The notes below the pieces were generated by a model that did not search any database, was not told the origin of the DNA, and worked only from the letters and a program-made list of their open reading frames with translations. The position numbers were made by a program, and so were the translations under genes. Of a stretch of 64,000 nucleotides of DNA, positions 48,192-61,953 are shown one piece after another (position 1 is the first letter of the stretch; every line of letters starts with the position of its first letter). The DNA lies in NCBI GenBank assembly GCA_053919585.1, contig CM132783.1. One strand, given 5' to 3'. The stretch is from Euprymna scolopes (taxonomy: Eukaryota).

Positions 48192-48660
48192 ACTGGTCAT
48201 TCAGCATTGCCCGGTCGTAAAATATGCTTAAAAATTATATTTTAATTAATGCAGATTTCGTATTTACTATATCATATTGGACCCAATATATATAATGATT
48301 TAAAAAGTTAAAAAATATGCGCCACCACCAAGAATTGAAACCCAAACATTTAGCTTACGATTTACTTTTTCCTTTAACATTAATGCCTGAGCTATGAAGA
48401 CACGTTTGTTGCAAGACTAAAAAATTAAAACATGAACCAATAGCTATTACGTTATGCATGCATATTCATAATGTTGTTGTTTGACCTTCACCTGGCAAAT
48501 TCCATTTTTTTAATTTTCACACTTTTGTACCGATTTTCCCTGGTTAAAACCTGAATATAAAGTTTTGCATGGGTTTGAGTACCCTATATATTAAGTTTCA
48601 TGCCTGCAGACCGAAAACTGGCAGAGGAGTTTGGTAGGCAATGTTTTTTAAACAAACATA
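48192..48660 (-). mobile_element. Helitron-like non-autonomous element
   Basis: gcattgcccggtcgtaaaata..ttatattttaattaatgca shared with 28080-28560. Confidence 0.5.
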
Positions 48661-49003
48661 TATATGTATACATAAGTATACAGGGTGTCCAAAAAGTCAC
48701 TGAAGAGTTTTGAACTTAAATAGTTTCTTTATTGTGATAATATCTTTCTGTAATTTTAACACAATCTGACTAAGACAATAGGAAATGAAAAAAAAAATGC
48801 AAAATTCAAACAATTTTTATTTATGAAACATAATGTCTTTTAAACGTTGCCCATTTTATTTTTCCATTGACTGCACAGGGCACATGGTATTATTTTACTC
48901 AAGGTTTTAGATGCCATGCTGAAAGTCATTTAGTATAAATATATCAGCTTTCATCACAAAATAGCTCTTTTTTTTTTTTATGTTCAATTTTGCTGTTTTT
49001 TAG

Positions 49004-49177
49004 GTAATGCTGGCGGAGCTTAAAGAAAACCACACCTACTATGCTATGAAAGCCCTGAAGAAAGACGTCGTATTGGAGGATGACGATGTCGAGTGTACGA
49101 TGATTGAGCGACGGGTCCTGGCTCTTGGTGCACAACACCCTTTCCTTACTCATTTGTTTTGTTCATTTCAGTCAGAG
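49004..49177 (+). CDS. PRKCD: PKC exon: kinase subdomains II-IV ([34 protein letters not shown]..)
   Basis: ttttag acceptor, GAG|gttagt donor. Catalytic Lys and DDDVECTM motif. Confidence 0.96.
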
Positions 49178-49713
49178 GTTAGTCGTTTGCAGGGTCGCAG
49201 CATTTTATATGTTTCTCATCTGTTATACCATCTATCGATATACTATTAAAATTCTGTTGTCTTATTTGTTTGTCCCTAATTACACTGAATGACATTATTT
49301 TCGGACGTCATGAAAACAAAATGAGGATAACCATGCAGATTGGATGAAATCGTTGCAGTATGATGTCATGTTTTAAAATGGAAAGTTAATGGGTTGTGCT
49401 TTTGGTTGATTTCAAATTGTAATGTTACTTAATCGGTGCTGATGAGACAAATGGGATTTTGATCATTAAAAAAATACTTTTATCTTAGAAATGATTGTAC
49501 AACAAAAATATTGTTGATGTTGAATTCCTGGAATTATTATATCATAATGTTCAATTTGTATATGATAGCTCTGATTGACCTACAGGTTCAAACATTGAGC
49601 TTTGTTGATATCTATAGTATTTTTAAGTATATGTTGCTATAAGTTTGACTTACTGCCTTATATTTTTCGAGTGTGATTAATGTTCAATCATTTAGACACT
49701 ATCTAAATTTCTT

Positions 49714-49753
<40 letters not shown>

Positions 49754-49800
49754 CACACAATATTTTTTTTATTTTAAGAATTTATTATCATTTTTACCTG

Positions 49801-50354
49801 GTACTTGTTTAGTTCAATCAAGACATTAAAAAATTAAAATATTGAAAAAAAAATTATATTGTACGTACTCGTTATGGAATTAAGTTTTTATAAAAAATTT
49901 CACTTAATTTGATCAAGTAGTTTTTTTTTTACAGAGGAAAGTCAACTTTTATGAAATTGATCGTATCCTGTCATCTTGCTTATTTTGCAGACGAGGAAGG
50001 AGGTGCCTTTAAATGAAAAAGTAATTAACAAAATAAAAACTTAAAAAGGGATTAAAAAAAAAAAAAGAAACTCTGTATAATAAGTGAAAAAAAAAAAAAT
50101 TTATCTAGGTATTTTTTCTGCCCATGTTTCAAAAACGTCTTCAAATTTTGACAAACCTTAAGCGGTGATGGAGTTATCTCCCTTGGCGCTTCCTCCTCCT
50201 CCACAAAATAGGCAAGATGGCAGGATGCGATTGATCTTATTAAAATTTGATTTTCCTCTGTTAAAAAAATTAAGTGAAAATTTTTTATGAGAACTTAATT
50301 CCATAACGGGTATGTACAATATAATATTTTTTCAATATTTTAATTTTTTAATGT
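49801..50354. mobile_element. Foldback MITE (same family as 33134-33556)
   Basis: Long imperfect inverted arms (tattgtacgtactcgttatggaattaag / cttaattccataacgggtatgtacaata). Confidence 0.7.
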
Positions 50355-50703
50355 AACTTTTACGTAGATAGTCTTCAGTAAAGTAAATGAGGTTAATGTT
50401 TTAAACCCAGTTACAAAGTCACTTTTAATTCTACAGCTTGGTATTCAACCTCTAGGCTACCATCAACATAGGAAAGAATAAAATTTTAATTCTGTATTTT
50501 GTTAAATCAGCAGGACATATACATTATGCATAGACTGATAGATTATAGATTTTTGTGGAGCACCAATCCTTATTGAAGGGGACAATAACAATACTTTTAA
50601 TTTAAATGTTTAGTGTTCCATGTTGGAAATGATAATTACTGCCAATTGAAGAATTCAAACTTAACTGCAAAGTCAACTTTGACTCTGCAAACTTATATAT
50701 ATA

Positions 50704-50941
50704 TATAATGAATTCTTTTTATATACAAATATTATTGGCTACATATGTACATGTTTCAGCTGTAACTATAGGCCTGATGAGGCTGGATTTCAAAAGAAAT
50801 CACAGCCGAAACATGTATGTACATATGTAGCCAATAATATTTGTATAAATAAAGAATTAATTATACAACTCTACTTATTACTGAGCAATATTTAATAAAC
50901 ACCAATTTCATTGGATTAACATCTAGGAAATCACAGCAATG

Positions 50942-50945
<4 letters not shown>
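50704..50945 (+). mobile_element. Penelope-like pLTR fragment with inverted partial copy and hammerhead-like core
   Basis: CTGATGA (50774), GGCTG..CAGCC stem, GAAACATGTA. Inverted arms of about 60 bp; (TA)n on both sides. Confidence 0.65.
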
Positions 50946-50979
<34 letters not shown>

Positions 50980-51071
50980 AAAGTTTTTCTATTTTTTTTT
51001 CATAATATTATTATTTTGTATTCCTGCACGTCACCAATTAAAAACGAATAAAGAAAAGCTATAAGCTTTTA

Positions 51072-51235
51072 NNNNNNNNNNNNNNNNNNNNNNNNNNNNN
51101 NNNNNNNNNNNNNNNNNNNNNNNNNNNNNNNNNNNNNNNNNNNNNNNNNNNNNNNNNNNNNNNNNNNNNNNNNNNNNNNNNNNNNNNNNNNNNNNNNNNN
51201 NNNNNNNNNNNNNNNNNNNNNNNNNNNNNNNNNNN
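51072..51235. other. Assembly gap (N run)
   Basis: Run of N. Confidence 1.
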
Positions 51236-51456
51236 AAAAGCAACAATGAAGTTTGAACACAGTTAATACAAGAGTGCTCGATACCAAAGTAGGGCAAGAT
51301 ATGCTTATGGACTAAACTTTTGTATACGCAATATCACCTGAAAAGTACTCTAGTTACTTGTAACTGACTGACCAAAATATGCTCATGAATGTGTAGCAAC
51401 ATATTAATGCTTATGTGAAACAAATAAAAAGTATATATATATATATACACACACAT

Positions 51457-51496
<40 letters not shown>

Positions 51497-51751
51497 GTGT
51501 ATATATGTGTGTGTGCTTCTCATCATTAGGTTTCAAAATACATAAGTTTCTGTAATCGCTCTTTACCTATATTTACTCCCTATTGAAGTGAAACTTATAT
51601 AGTTTTATATTTATTTTTTTATTTTGTTTTAAATTTATTGTTATGCTCCACTCTCAAGTGTTGAGCTTCATATATTTTCATATCCCTATATAAAGAATTT
51701 ATCTAAATTCTTTAAACTCCCTTCATTAAATAAATTTTTGTTCTTTTTTAG

Positions 51752-51844
<93 letters not shown>

Positions 51845-52399
51845 TAAGCATCTTTTTGTTCTCTACATGGAATTATTATTCCCCTTGTGTCGCCTCATAG
51901 TAAAACACTTTCTTATCAAACAATGATGATCAAGTTTTAACATTCCAACAGCCATTTTTTTCGCACTCCAGTTCAGATTTATATGACAATGCCTTACATT
52001 TTGGAATTTATCATTATTTATATTGTTTTTCTTTGAACTAGCATAGTAAAATCATAAATAGACTAGACTTTTAGTCCATTAAAAATGGACAAAAATTATA
52101 GACTCTTTACTTAAAATGAGTGCTTCATGCAAAATTAATGGTTGAATATGGTTAAATTTGTGCTTATTATTGCATTAAATAATGATCCTATTAATCCCTA
52201 TCTGTGGATTAAACGGATACCATAATACTCGGGCCGCTTTACCTCATCATAATAAAGGTCCATATAAAATTTCAGCCAGATCGGCTCCGTAATTTCTGAG
52301 GGAAAAAAAAGTAGAATGAATAAATATATATTCATTACGGTACAAAACTAGCCAATGGTAAGTGTGGGATTGCGGCACAGAAAAACAGCAATTTTCCTC

Positions 52400-55300
52400 C
52401 TTTTTTTTCATTTTGTTTTTTTAAATTTATATTCCTTTTTATTTTTTAATCATTTTTTTTTTTTAATTACTATACCTGTTTTTTTTATTCATTTTTTTAA
52501 TTCATATTCCTTTTTATTTTTTATGCCTTTTTTTTTTTAATTCATATTCCTTTTTATTTTTTATTCATTTTTTAAAATTAATATTCCTTTTTATTTTTTA
52601 TTCATTTTTTTAAAATTCATGTTCCTTTTTATTTTTTATTCATTTTTTTAATTTATATTCCTTTTTATTTTTTATTCATTTTTTTAAATTCATATTACTT
52701 TTTATTTTTTATTCATTTTTTTAAATTCATATTACTTTTTATTTTTTATTCATTTTTTTTAATTCATATTCCTTTTTATTTTTTATTCATTTTTGTTACA
52801 TTCATATTCCTTTTTATTTTTTATTCATTTTTTAAAATTTATATCCCTTTTTATTTTTTATTCATTTTTTTAATTTATTTTTTTTTTTATTTTTTATTAA
52901 TTTTTTAAAAATTCATATTCCTTTTTATTTTTATTCATTTTTTAAATTTATATTCCTTTTTATTTTTTATTCATTTTTTAAATTTATATTCCTTTTTATT
53001 TTTTATTCATTTTTTTTATTTATATTCCTTTGTATTTTTATTCATTTTTTTTTAATTCATATTCCTTTTTATTTTTTATTCATTTTTTTTTTAATTTATA
53101 TTCCTTTTTATTTTCTATTCATTTTTTTTAATTTATATTCCTTTTTATTTTTTATTCATTTTTTAAATTTATATTCCTTTTTATTTTTTATTAATTTCTT
53201 TTAAATTCATATTCCTTTTTATTTTTTATTCATTTTTTAAATTCATATTCCTTTTTATTTTTTATTAATTTTTTTTATTCATATTCCTTTTTATTTTTTA
53301 TTCATTTCTTTTAAATTCATATTCCTTTTTATTTTTTATTCATTTCTTTTAAATTCATATTCCTTTTTATTTTTTATTAATTTCTTTTAAATTAATATTC
53401 CTTTTTATTTTTTATTCATTTTTTTTTATTCATATTCCTTTTTATTTATTATTCATTTTTTTTAATTCATATTCCTTTTCATTTTTTATTCATTTTTTTA
53501 ATTTTATATTCCTTTTTATTTTTTATTCATTTTTTTTTAATTTATATTCCTTTTTATTTTTTATTCATTTCTTTTAAATTCATATTCCTTTTTATTTTTT
53601 ATTCATTTTTTAAATTCATATTCCTTTTTATTTTTTATTCATTTTTTTTTAAATTCATATTCCTTTTTATTTTTTATTCATTTTTTTTAAATTCATATTC
53701 CTTTTTATTTTTTATTAATTTCTTTTAAATTCATATTCCTTTTTATTTTTTATTCATTTTTTTTTATTCATATTCCTTTTCATTTTTTATTCATTTTTTT
53801 AATTTTATATTCCTTTTTATTTTTTATTCATTTTTTTTAAATTTATATTCCTTTTTATTTTTTATTCATTTCTTTTAAATTCATATTCCTTTTTATTTTT
53901 TATTCATTTTTTAAATTCATATTCCTTTTGATTTTTTATTAATTTTTTTTATTCATGTTCCTTTTTATTTTTTATTCATTTTTTTAAAATTCATGTTCCT
54001 TTTTATTTTTTATTCATTTTTTTAATTTATATTCCTTTTTATTTTTTATTCATTTTTTTAAATTCATGTTCCTTTTTATTTTTTATTCATTTTTTTTAAA
54101 TTTATATCCCTTTTTATTTTTTATTCATTTTTTTATTTATATTCCTTTTTATTTTTTATTAATTTTTTATTCATATTCCTTTTTATTTTTTATTCATTTT
54201 TTTAATTTATATTCCTTTTTATTTTTTATTCATTTTTTAAATTCATGTTCCTTTTTATTTTTTATTCATTTTTTTTTATTTATATCCCTTTTTATTTTTT
54301 ATTCATTTTTTTATTCATATTCCTTTTTATTTTTTATTCATTTTTTATTCATATTCCTTTTTATTTTTTATTCATTTTTTTATTCATATTCCTTTTTATT
54401 TTTTATTCATTTTTTTATTCATATTCCTTTTTATTTTTTATTCATTTTTTATTCATATTCCCTTTTATTTTTTATTCATTTTTTTATTCATATTCCTTTT
54501 TATTTTTTATTCATTTTTTTATTCATATTCCTTTTTATTTTTTATTCATTTTTTATTCATATTCCTTTTTATTTTTTATTCATTTTTTTTTTATTTATAT
54601 CCCTTTTTATTTTTTATTCATTTTTTTATTCATATTCCTTTTTATTTTTTATTCATTTTTTATTCATATTCCCTTTTATTTTTTATTCATTTTTTTAATT
54701 TATATTCCTTTTTATTTTTTATTCATTTTTTTAATTCATGTTCCTTTTTATTTTTTATTCATTTTTTAAATTTATATTCCTTTTTATTTTTTATTCATTT
54801 TTTTTTAAATTATATTCCTTTTTTTTGTATTCATTTTTTTAATTCATGTTCCTTTTTATTTTTTATTCATTTTTTAAATTCATATTCCTTTTTATTTTTT
54901 ATTCATTTTTTTAATTTATATTCCTTTTTATTTTTTATTCATTTTTTAAAATTTATATTCCTTTTTATTTTTTATTCATTTCTTTTAATTCATATTCCTT
55001 TTTATTTTTTATTCATTTTTTTAATTCATATTCCTTTTTATTTTTTATTCATTTTTTAAATTCATATTCCTTTTTATTTTTTATTCATTTTTTAATTTAT
55101 ATTCCTTTTTATTTTTTATTCATTTTTTTTTAAATTATATTCCTTTTTTTGTATTCATTTTTTTTATTTTATATTCCTTTTTATTTTTTATTCATTTTTT
55201 TAATTCATATCCCTTTTCATTTTTTATTCATTTTTTAATGTATATTCATTTTTATTTTTTATTCATTTTTTTTAATTCATATTCCTTTTTATTTTTATTC

Positions 55301-57760
55301 ATTTTTTTTAAATTCATATTCCCTTTTTTTTTCTTTTTTTTTAATTCATATTCCTTTTTATTTTTTATTCATTTTTAAATTAATATTCCTTTTTTTTTAT
55401 TGATTTTTTTAAATTCATATTCATTTTTATTTTTTATTCATTTTTTTAAATTCATATTCCTTTTTATTTTTTATTCATTTCTTTTAAATTCATATTCCTT
55501 TTTATTTTTTATTCATTTCTTTTAAATTCATATTCCTTTTTATTTTTTATTAATTTCTTTTAAATTAATATTCCTTTTTATTTTTTATTCATTTTTTTTT
55601 ATTCATATTCCTTTTTATTTATTATTCATTTTTTTTTAATTCATATTCCTTTTCATTTTTTATTCATTTTTTTAATTTTATATTCCTTTTTATTTTTTAT
55701 TCATTTTTTTTTAATTTATATTCCTTTTTATTTTTTATTCATTTCTTTTAAATTCATATTCCTTTTTATTTTTTATTCATTTTTTAAATTCATATTCCTT
55801 TTTATTTTTTATTCATTTTTTTTTAAATTCATATTCCTTTTTATTTTTTATTCATTTTTTTTAAATTCATATTCCTTTTTATTTTTTATTAATTTCTTTT
55901 AAATTAATATTCCTTTTTATATTTTATTCATTTTTTTTTATTCATATTCCTTTTCATTTTTTATTCATTTTTTTAATTTTATATTCCTTTTTATTTTTTA
56001 TTCATTTTTTTTTAATTTATATTCCTTTTTATTTTTTATTCATTTCTTTTAAATTCATATTCCTTTTTATTTTTTATTCATTTTTTAAATTCATATTCCT
56101 TTTGATTTTTTATTAATTTTTTTTATTCATGTTCCTTTTTATTTTTTATTCATTTTTTTAAAATTCATGTTCCTTTTTATTTTTTATTCATTTTTTTAAT
56201 TTATATTCCTTTTTATTTTTTATTCATTTTTTTAAATTCATGTTCCTTTTTATTTTTTATTCATTTTTTTTAAATTTATATCCCTTTTTATTTTTTATTC
56301 ATTTTTTTATTTATATTCCTTTTTATTTTTTATTAATTTTTTATTCATATTCCTTTTTATTTTTTATTCATTTTTTTAATTTATATTCCTTTTTATTTTT
56401 TATTCATTTTTTAAATTCATGTTCCTTTTTATTTTTTATTAATTTTTTTTATTTATATCCCTTTTTATTTTTTATTCATTTTTTTATTCATATTCCTTTT
56501 TATTTTTTATTCATTTTTTATTCATATTCCTTTTTATTTTTTATTCATTTTTTTATTCATATTCCTTTTTATTTTTTATTCATTTTTTTATTCATATTCC
56601 TTTTTATTTTTTATTCATTTTTTATTCATATTCCCTTTTATTTTTTATTCATTTTTTTATTCATATTCCTTTTTATTTTTTATTCATTTTTTATTCATAT
56701 TCCTTTTTATTTTTTATTCATTTTTTTTTTATTTATATCCCTTTTTATTTTTTATTCATTTTTTTATTCATATTCCTTTTTATTTTTTATTCATTTTTTA
56801 TTCATATTCCCTTTTATTTTTTATTCATTTTTTTAATTTATATTCCTTTTTATTTTTTATTCATTTTTTTAATTCATGTTCCTTTTTATTTTTTATTCAT
56901 TTTTTAAATTTATATTCCTTTTTATTTTTTATTCATTTTTTTTTAAATTATATTCCTTTTTTTTGTATTCATTTTTTTAATTCATGTTCCTTTTTATTTT
57001 TTATTCATTTTTTAAATTCATATTCCTTTTTATTTTTTATTCATTTTTTTAATTTATATTCCTTTTTATTTTTTATTCATTTTTTAAAATTTATATTCCT
57101 TTTTATTTTTTATTCATTTTTTTAATTCATATTCCTTTTTATTTTTTATTCATTTTTTTAATTCATATTCCTTTTTATTTTTTATTCATTTTTTAAATTC
57201 ATATTCCTTTTTATTTTTTATTCATTTTTTAATTTATATTCCTTTTTATTTTTTATTCATTTTTTTTTAAATTATATTCCTTTTTTTGTATTCATTTTTT
57301 TTATTTTATATTCCTTTTTATTTTTTATTCATTTTTTTAATTCATATCCCTTTTCATTTTTTATTCATTTTTTAATGTATATTCATTTTTATTTTTTATT
57401 CATTTTTTTTAATTCATATTCCTTTTTATTTTTATTCATTTTTTTTAAATTCATATTCCCTTTTTTTTTCTTTTTTTTTTAATTCATATTCCTTTTTATT
57501 TTTTATTCATTTTTAAATTAATATTCCTTTTTTTTATTGATTTTTTTAAATTCATATTCATTTTTATTTTTTATTCATTTTTTTAAATTCATATTCCTTT
57601 TGATTTTTTATTCATTTTTTAAAATTCATATTCCTTTTTATTTTTTTTTCATTTTTTAAAATTTATATCCCTTTTTATTTTTATTAATTTTTTAAAATTC
57701 ATATTCCTTTTTATTTTTTATTCATTTTTTAATTTATATTCCTTTTTATTTTTTATTAAT
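52400..57760. repeat. T-rich satellite of about 5.4 kb, unit about 35-39 bp (att[c/t]atattcctttttattttttattcattttttt[aa])
   Basis: Direct reading; ends at the acceptor of exon 57767. Confidence 0.97.
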
Positions 57761-57766
57761 TTTCAG

Positions 57767-57829
57767 GTTTTACGGTGCAGAGATTGTCTGCGGATTGCAG
57801 TTTCTACATTCCAGAAATATTGTATACAG
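57767..57829 (+). CDS. PRKCD: PKC exon: subdomain VIa (FYGAEIVCGLQFLHSRNIVYR)
   Basis: ttttcag acceptor at the end of the satellite, AG|gtaaaa donor. Confidence 0.95.
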
Positions 57830-58959
57830 GTAAAATCTTTAATGTGTCTTCACTAAATCAGTCTTCACAAAATCATTGAAATAGTTTTGTAACTGTTCAG
57901 CAATTTCATGACCTGGGAAACTATTGAAGTTCTCATCATCTTTCTGAGATCATCTATTTTTCTTGAGTCATCAGTTGCATTATAGTCTTACTCTATCCTT
58001 CAAACTGCATGTTTTTTTTTTTTGTTCAGCCAAGGTGTAGCAAAAAAGGAGAAAATCTACTTCAAGAAAGAACTCTTTTGTCAAAGTGATAATTACCACT
58101 TTAAGTATAACTCAAAACTATGGTAATATTTTCTCATCAATAGATATCACAACTAATAAAAATAAATGTGTCTTAAATAATGACTGATAATGTTAAATTT
58201 TGTTTGTGAGTGAAGATTAAGTTCAGTTTATTTCAAGGAGTAATATGGATTTTTTTACCTCTATATTGATTTGCTGGCGCTGTTATCAAAGATGTAAATA
58301 ATCTAAAGGAAGTAAATCGGGTTTAAAACATGTTACCAAACTGTTAAAACAATTTGCTAATATTTTTTTCTGTGATTTCTTTGCCCTTTTCGTCTTCTAC
58401 GTTCTTTTCTCTCAGAATGTTTGTTCCATGCTGTTTTGCAATAATGAAAATTCATGACTCCCAATTGTCAAGAAATGAAATAACAATTAATGTCCCCAAA
58501 ACAAGTATACGCTCTTTTTGGATTGTGGTAACTCATTAACTTTGACGTGCAAAAACGAAGACTAGAAGATGAGAAAAAAAAATTTATTTTAAAAACTGAT
58601 AGTAAAATTGAAAAAAAAAAAATAAAAAAAACTATTCAGGATAATTTCAGAATGTTCATATATTAACCTGAACCCGGGTATAGGTTTGGGTGAGGGTTAA
58701 TTTATGAACTTGGTATAGAAAATGTAACACAAGATGTGACACAAGGTTGGAAAATGAGCCAGACCTCCAGAAGTGGAGTACTCTGGCCCTGTAAAAATAA
58801 GTCTAAGTAGCTCCATAGGCATTCCCCAGTGAGGGTGCTTCAGACAACAAGCAATAAATTTGCTCCTCCCGAAAGCTGGGAGATAAGGTCTGGAAGAGTG
58901 ACCCTCCTAGGGCTACACAGAACATTTTGCATCAGTCCTACAGAAAAAAGGCCATCAAT

Positions 58960-59187
58960 ATAGCACAGTTTCTGTTTGACTGATTGTTGAGGTTGGAACC
59001 TTGACTTACGTTAACGGCAAAGTTGGAACAAATACATTGAGGACATTGCCAAGACGTCTGCAAAGAAAGTGGGTTTCCTAGAAAATTATCACACCAGAAA
59101 GCATCCTATATCTTTACAAAGTTACAATTCACTTGTGCATGGAGTATTGTTACCACATCTGGACTAATCCATCTACCACTAGCATCT
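58960..59187 (+). mobile_element. Decayed family A-like LINE RT fragment
   Basis: WNKYIEDIAKTSAKKVG..TPESILYLYKVTIHLCMEYCYHIW. Confidence 0.7.
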
Positions 59188-59200
59188 CAATAGTAAAATA

Positions 59201-59548
59201 TCAAAGTTGCACGTAACATCACATATAAAATCAGTAAATGGAAACTTATTGTTTTTTTTTTTATATTTCGGGATAACATACCTTCGTCAAAAAGAAATAA
59301 AGTGTGAAAACCGATGAATGTTTCAAAAGAGAAAACACCATGGTAATGAAACAGGAAGTTGAGTTGAAACTGCCAAGTGGAAAACAAAGTCTTATTAGTT
59401 TTCTCTCTTTTGAAACATTCATTGGTTTTCACACTTTATCCCTTTTTGACAAAGGAATGTTATCCTGAAACATCAAAGACACCCAGTCCAAAACGAACAG
59501 TAAGTCTCCATTTACTGATTTCATATGTGATCTTATATGCAACTTTGA
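59201..59548. mobile_element. MITE with TIRs of about 135 bp (possibly Kolobok-type)
   Basis: tcaa-agttgca..aaatcagtaaatgga.. / ..tccatttactgattt..tgcaact-ttga. Confidence 0.75.
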
Positions 59549-59715
59549 AAAATAAAATTTCAAACAATATTTCACAATTCTACAAGATTTCCACCTGTTT
59601 GTCTATTTTTGTTCATTTTCCACATCAATTCTCACACCGGTAACCCACATTGCTATAGCCTTCTGATACATTTATATAGTATTTACCAGCAATGCTTCAA
59701 GCAAACTACCTTTCC

Positions 59716-59779
<64 letters not shown>

Positions 59780-59780
<1 letters not shown>

Positions 59781-60345
59781 AAATCGCTCTAGACAAAGCA
59801 TGAAGCCACTTAATGCAAGGAGCTAACAAACAAAGATGATTATCACAAAGACAGGAGATGCTTATTAACCTTAGTCTTTAAAAGACCAAGGTTAAAAGTA
59901 GAGGGAAAAGAGTTCCACAAGCCGGCAGTTTTTGGAAAATAATTTTGGTTTGTGCATCTGCATTTTTCTATGCATGTTGAATATCTGTTAGAAAAGTTGG
60001 GAGTATCATAGGAGTTCTTTTTGCTTCTACTAAACAAAAATGAAAGAATCTTCAACCAAGCAGGAATAGGAAGTTGTATTACAATGAGGTATGAAAATAG
60101 CAAATTGATGAAGACCACTAGGCCAACGAATCAAACGAGCTGGAACAAAAGAAGCAGTGAATAAATCAGAGAATTCTGAAGAGCACCTGCCATGATAGTA
60201 TTTATAAAAAAAAGACTGAGACTAACAACATCATGTCTATGAGAGAGAGGTTGCAGAGAAAATAGAGTGGTGCCAATTAAATTGCGCATTCATCTTTGCA
60301 CCTTATCAAGAACTCTCAAGTGGGACAGAGATTCACCAGCTTTTC
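59780..60345 (-). mobile_element. Decayed LINE 3' region (family C)
   Basis: YFPKTAGLWNSFP..KTKVNKHLL plus tail ttgcattaagtggcttcatgctttgtctagagcgattt. Same tail at about 63510-63550. Confidence 0.7.
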
Positions 60346-60370
60346 ATTGATGTTGCCACATTGTTGGTGA

Positions 60371-60610
<240 letters not shown>

Positions 60611-60619
60611 TAAAAGTCA

Positions 60620-61315
60620 CTTTTTCTCCGTGTGTGTGTTAAGTATTTGTCCAGTGATACTGTATGATCTGATTTTCCTGAGAAGACCCTCATGCCATAC
60701 CCTGTCAAAAGCCTTAGATATATCTAGGGCTACTGCTCTACTCTTCCCTGCTTTGTTCAGTGTATGGTATATATGTTCAGAGATTACAGTTAGGATATCT
60801 GCTGTAAAACGGGCTTGCCTAAATCCATATTGTTAATCAGTCAGAAGCTTAGCAGCTATAACGTGATGGACTAAAGCTTGATTAATTAAGGACTCAAATA
60901 TTTTAGCAAAAAGCGGGAAGAGGCTAATGGGGCGATAATTTACTGGGTCAGTTCTGTCTCCAGAATTCTTGAAAACTGGTACCACAGAAGCAATTTTTCA
61001 GCAGTCAGAAAAGCAAGATTCGCTAAGGCATTTGTTAAGTTTGGAGAGAACTGGGGCAACCTCGGCGGAGCATTTTTTTAATAGTGCAGCCAGGATGAAA
61101 TCGGGTCCACATGTTTTGAGGTGTCAAGGTTTTTTATGATATCATGTACTTGAGAAGGGGTGATTTTCAGATCATCTAATGTGGCGTCTGTCCGCAAAGG
61201 AAAGTCAGGGAGGGAGTGGTTTTCTGGCTCCAATGTGGTGTTGAAGCAAACTGACTGGTAAGCATGTTAGCCTTCTCGGTTGCCGTGCAAGCAACATCAT
61301 GATTGTTTGATAGTG
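60620..61315 (-). mobile_element. Third, internal fragment of LINE family A
   Basis: Collinear with about 15955-16635 (gccataccctgtcaaaagccttagatata, ggctaatggggcgataattt). Confidence 0.9.
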
Positions 61316-61534
61316 GGTGGGGGGGGAAGAAAAACATAAACCATTGAGGTTAGAGAGGACAGAGGTAGACGGATTACACAGGTGGCCCGAGAGTGACCGG
61401 AAAAGATGTGTGTTAAACATGACTGGTCAGGGATGGAGTATCAAGTGTTTGACATGTTTGAAGCAGATTGGAGAAGACTTCTGAAAAATAAACAAGGTGT
61501 TATTCATCAAAGTACTTGTAAATAAATGTCTACA

Positions 61535-61953
61535 AGCAGGAGAGCCTAGCATATAAAATCAACACTAGGTTCTTCGATAAGACAGGGCTGTGTTCAAAAT
61601 GAATGTTTCTGTTTAGAGCATAATTGAACCATGATACTTGACTTTTGCATTTTAAACTTTAATTCAAGTCATTATATAAAAATAATTTAATGAAATCAAA
61701 AGTAGGTTCTCTACAGTACAATGTAGACTGCAAAGTATTGTGGATTAAGTCACTGCAAGGAGGCATGTAAAAGCTTCCCCTTGATGCACCACAGCGGGTC
61801 CTAACCCGACGGTCCTAACTAGACCAAACAATTAATCAATTGAATAGACAAATGGGTGATTTTTATCAATTTCGATAACAATAAAAGTATTGGAAGTGTA
61901 GAACATTTGTTGATCTTCATTCAATCCTGAACAGCGTCGGGTATCCCTGCTAG
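61535..61953 (+). mobile_element. Helitron-like 3' part, copy of the 22888-23550 family
   Basis: Shared gataagacaggg..agtaggttctctacagt..ccctgCTAG|T. Confidence 0.7.

Noticed and set aside
54066-56836. 174-210 aa F/I/Y-rich ORFs
   Set aside because: Translations of the T-rich satellite.
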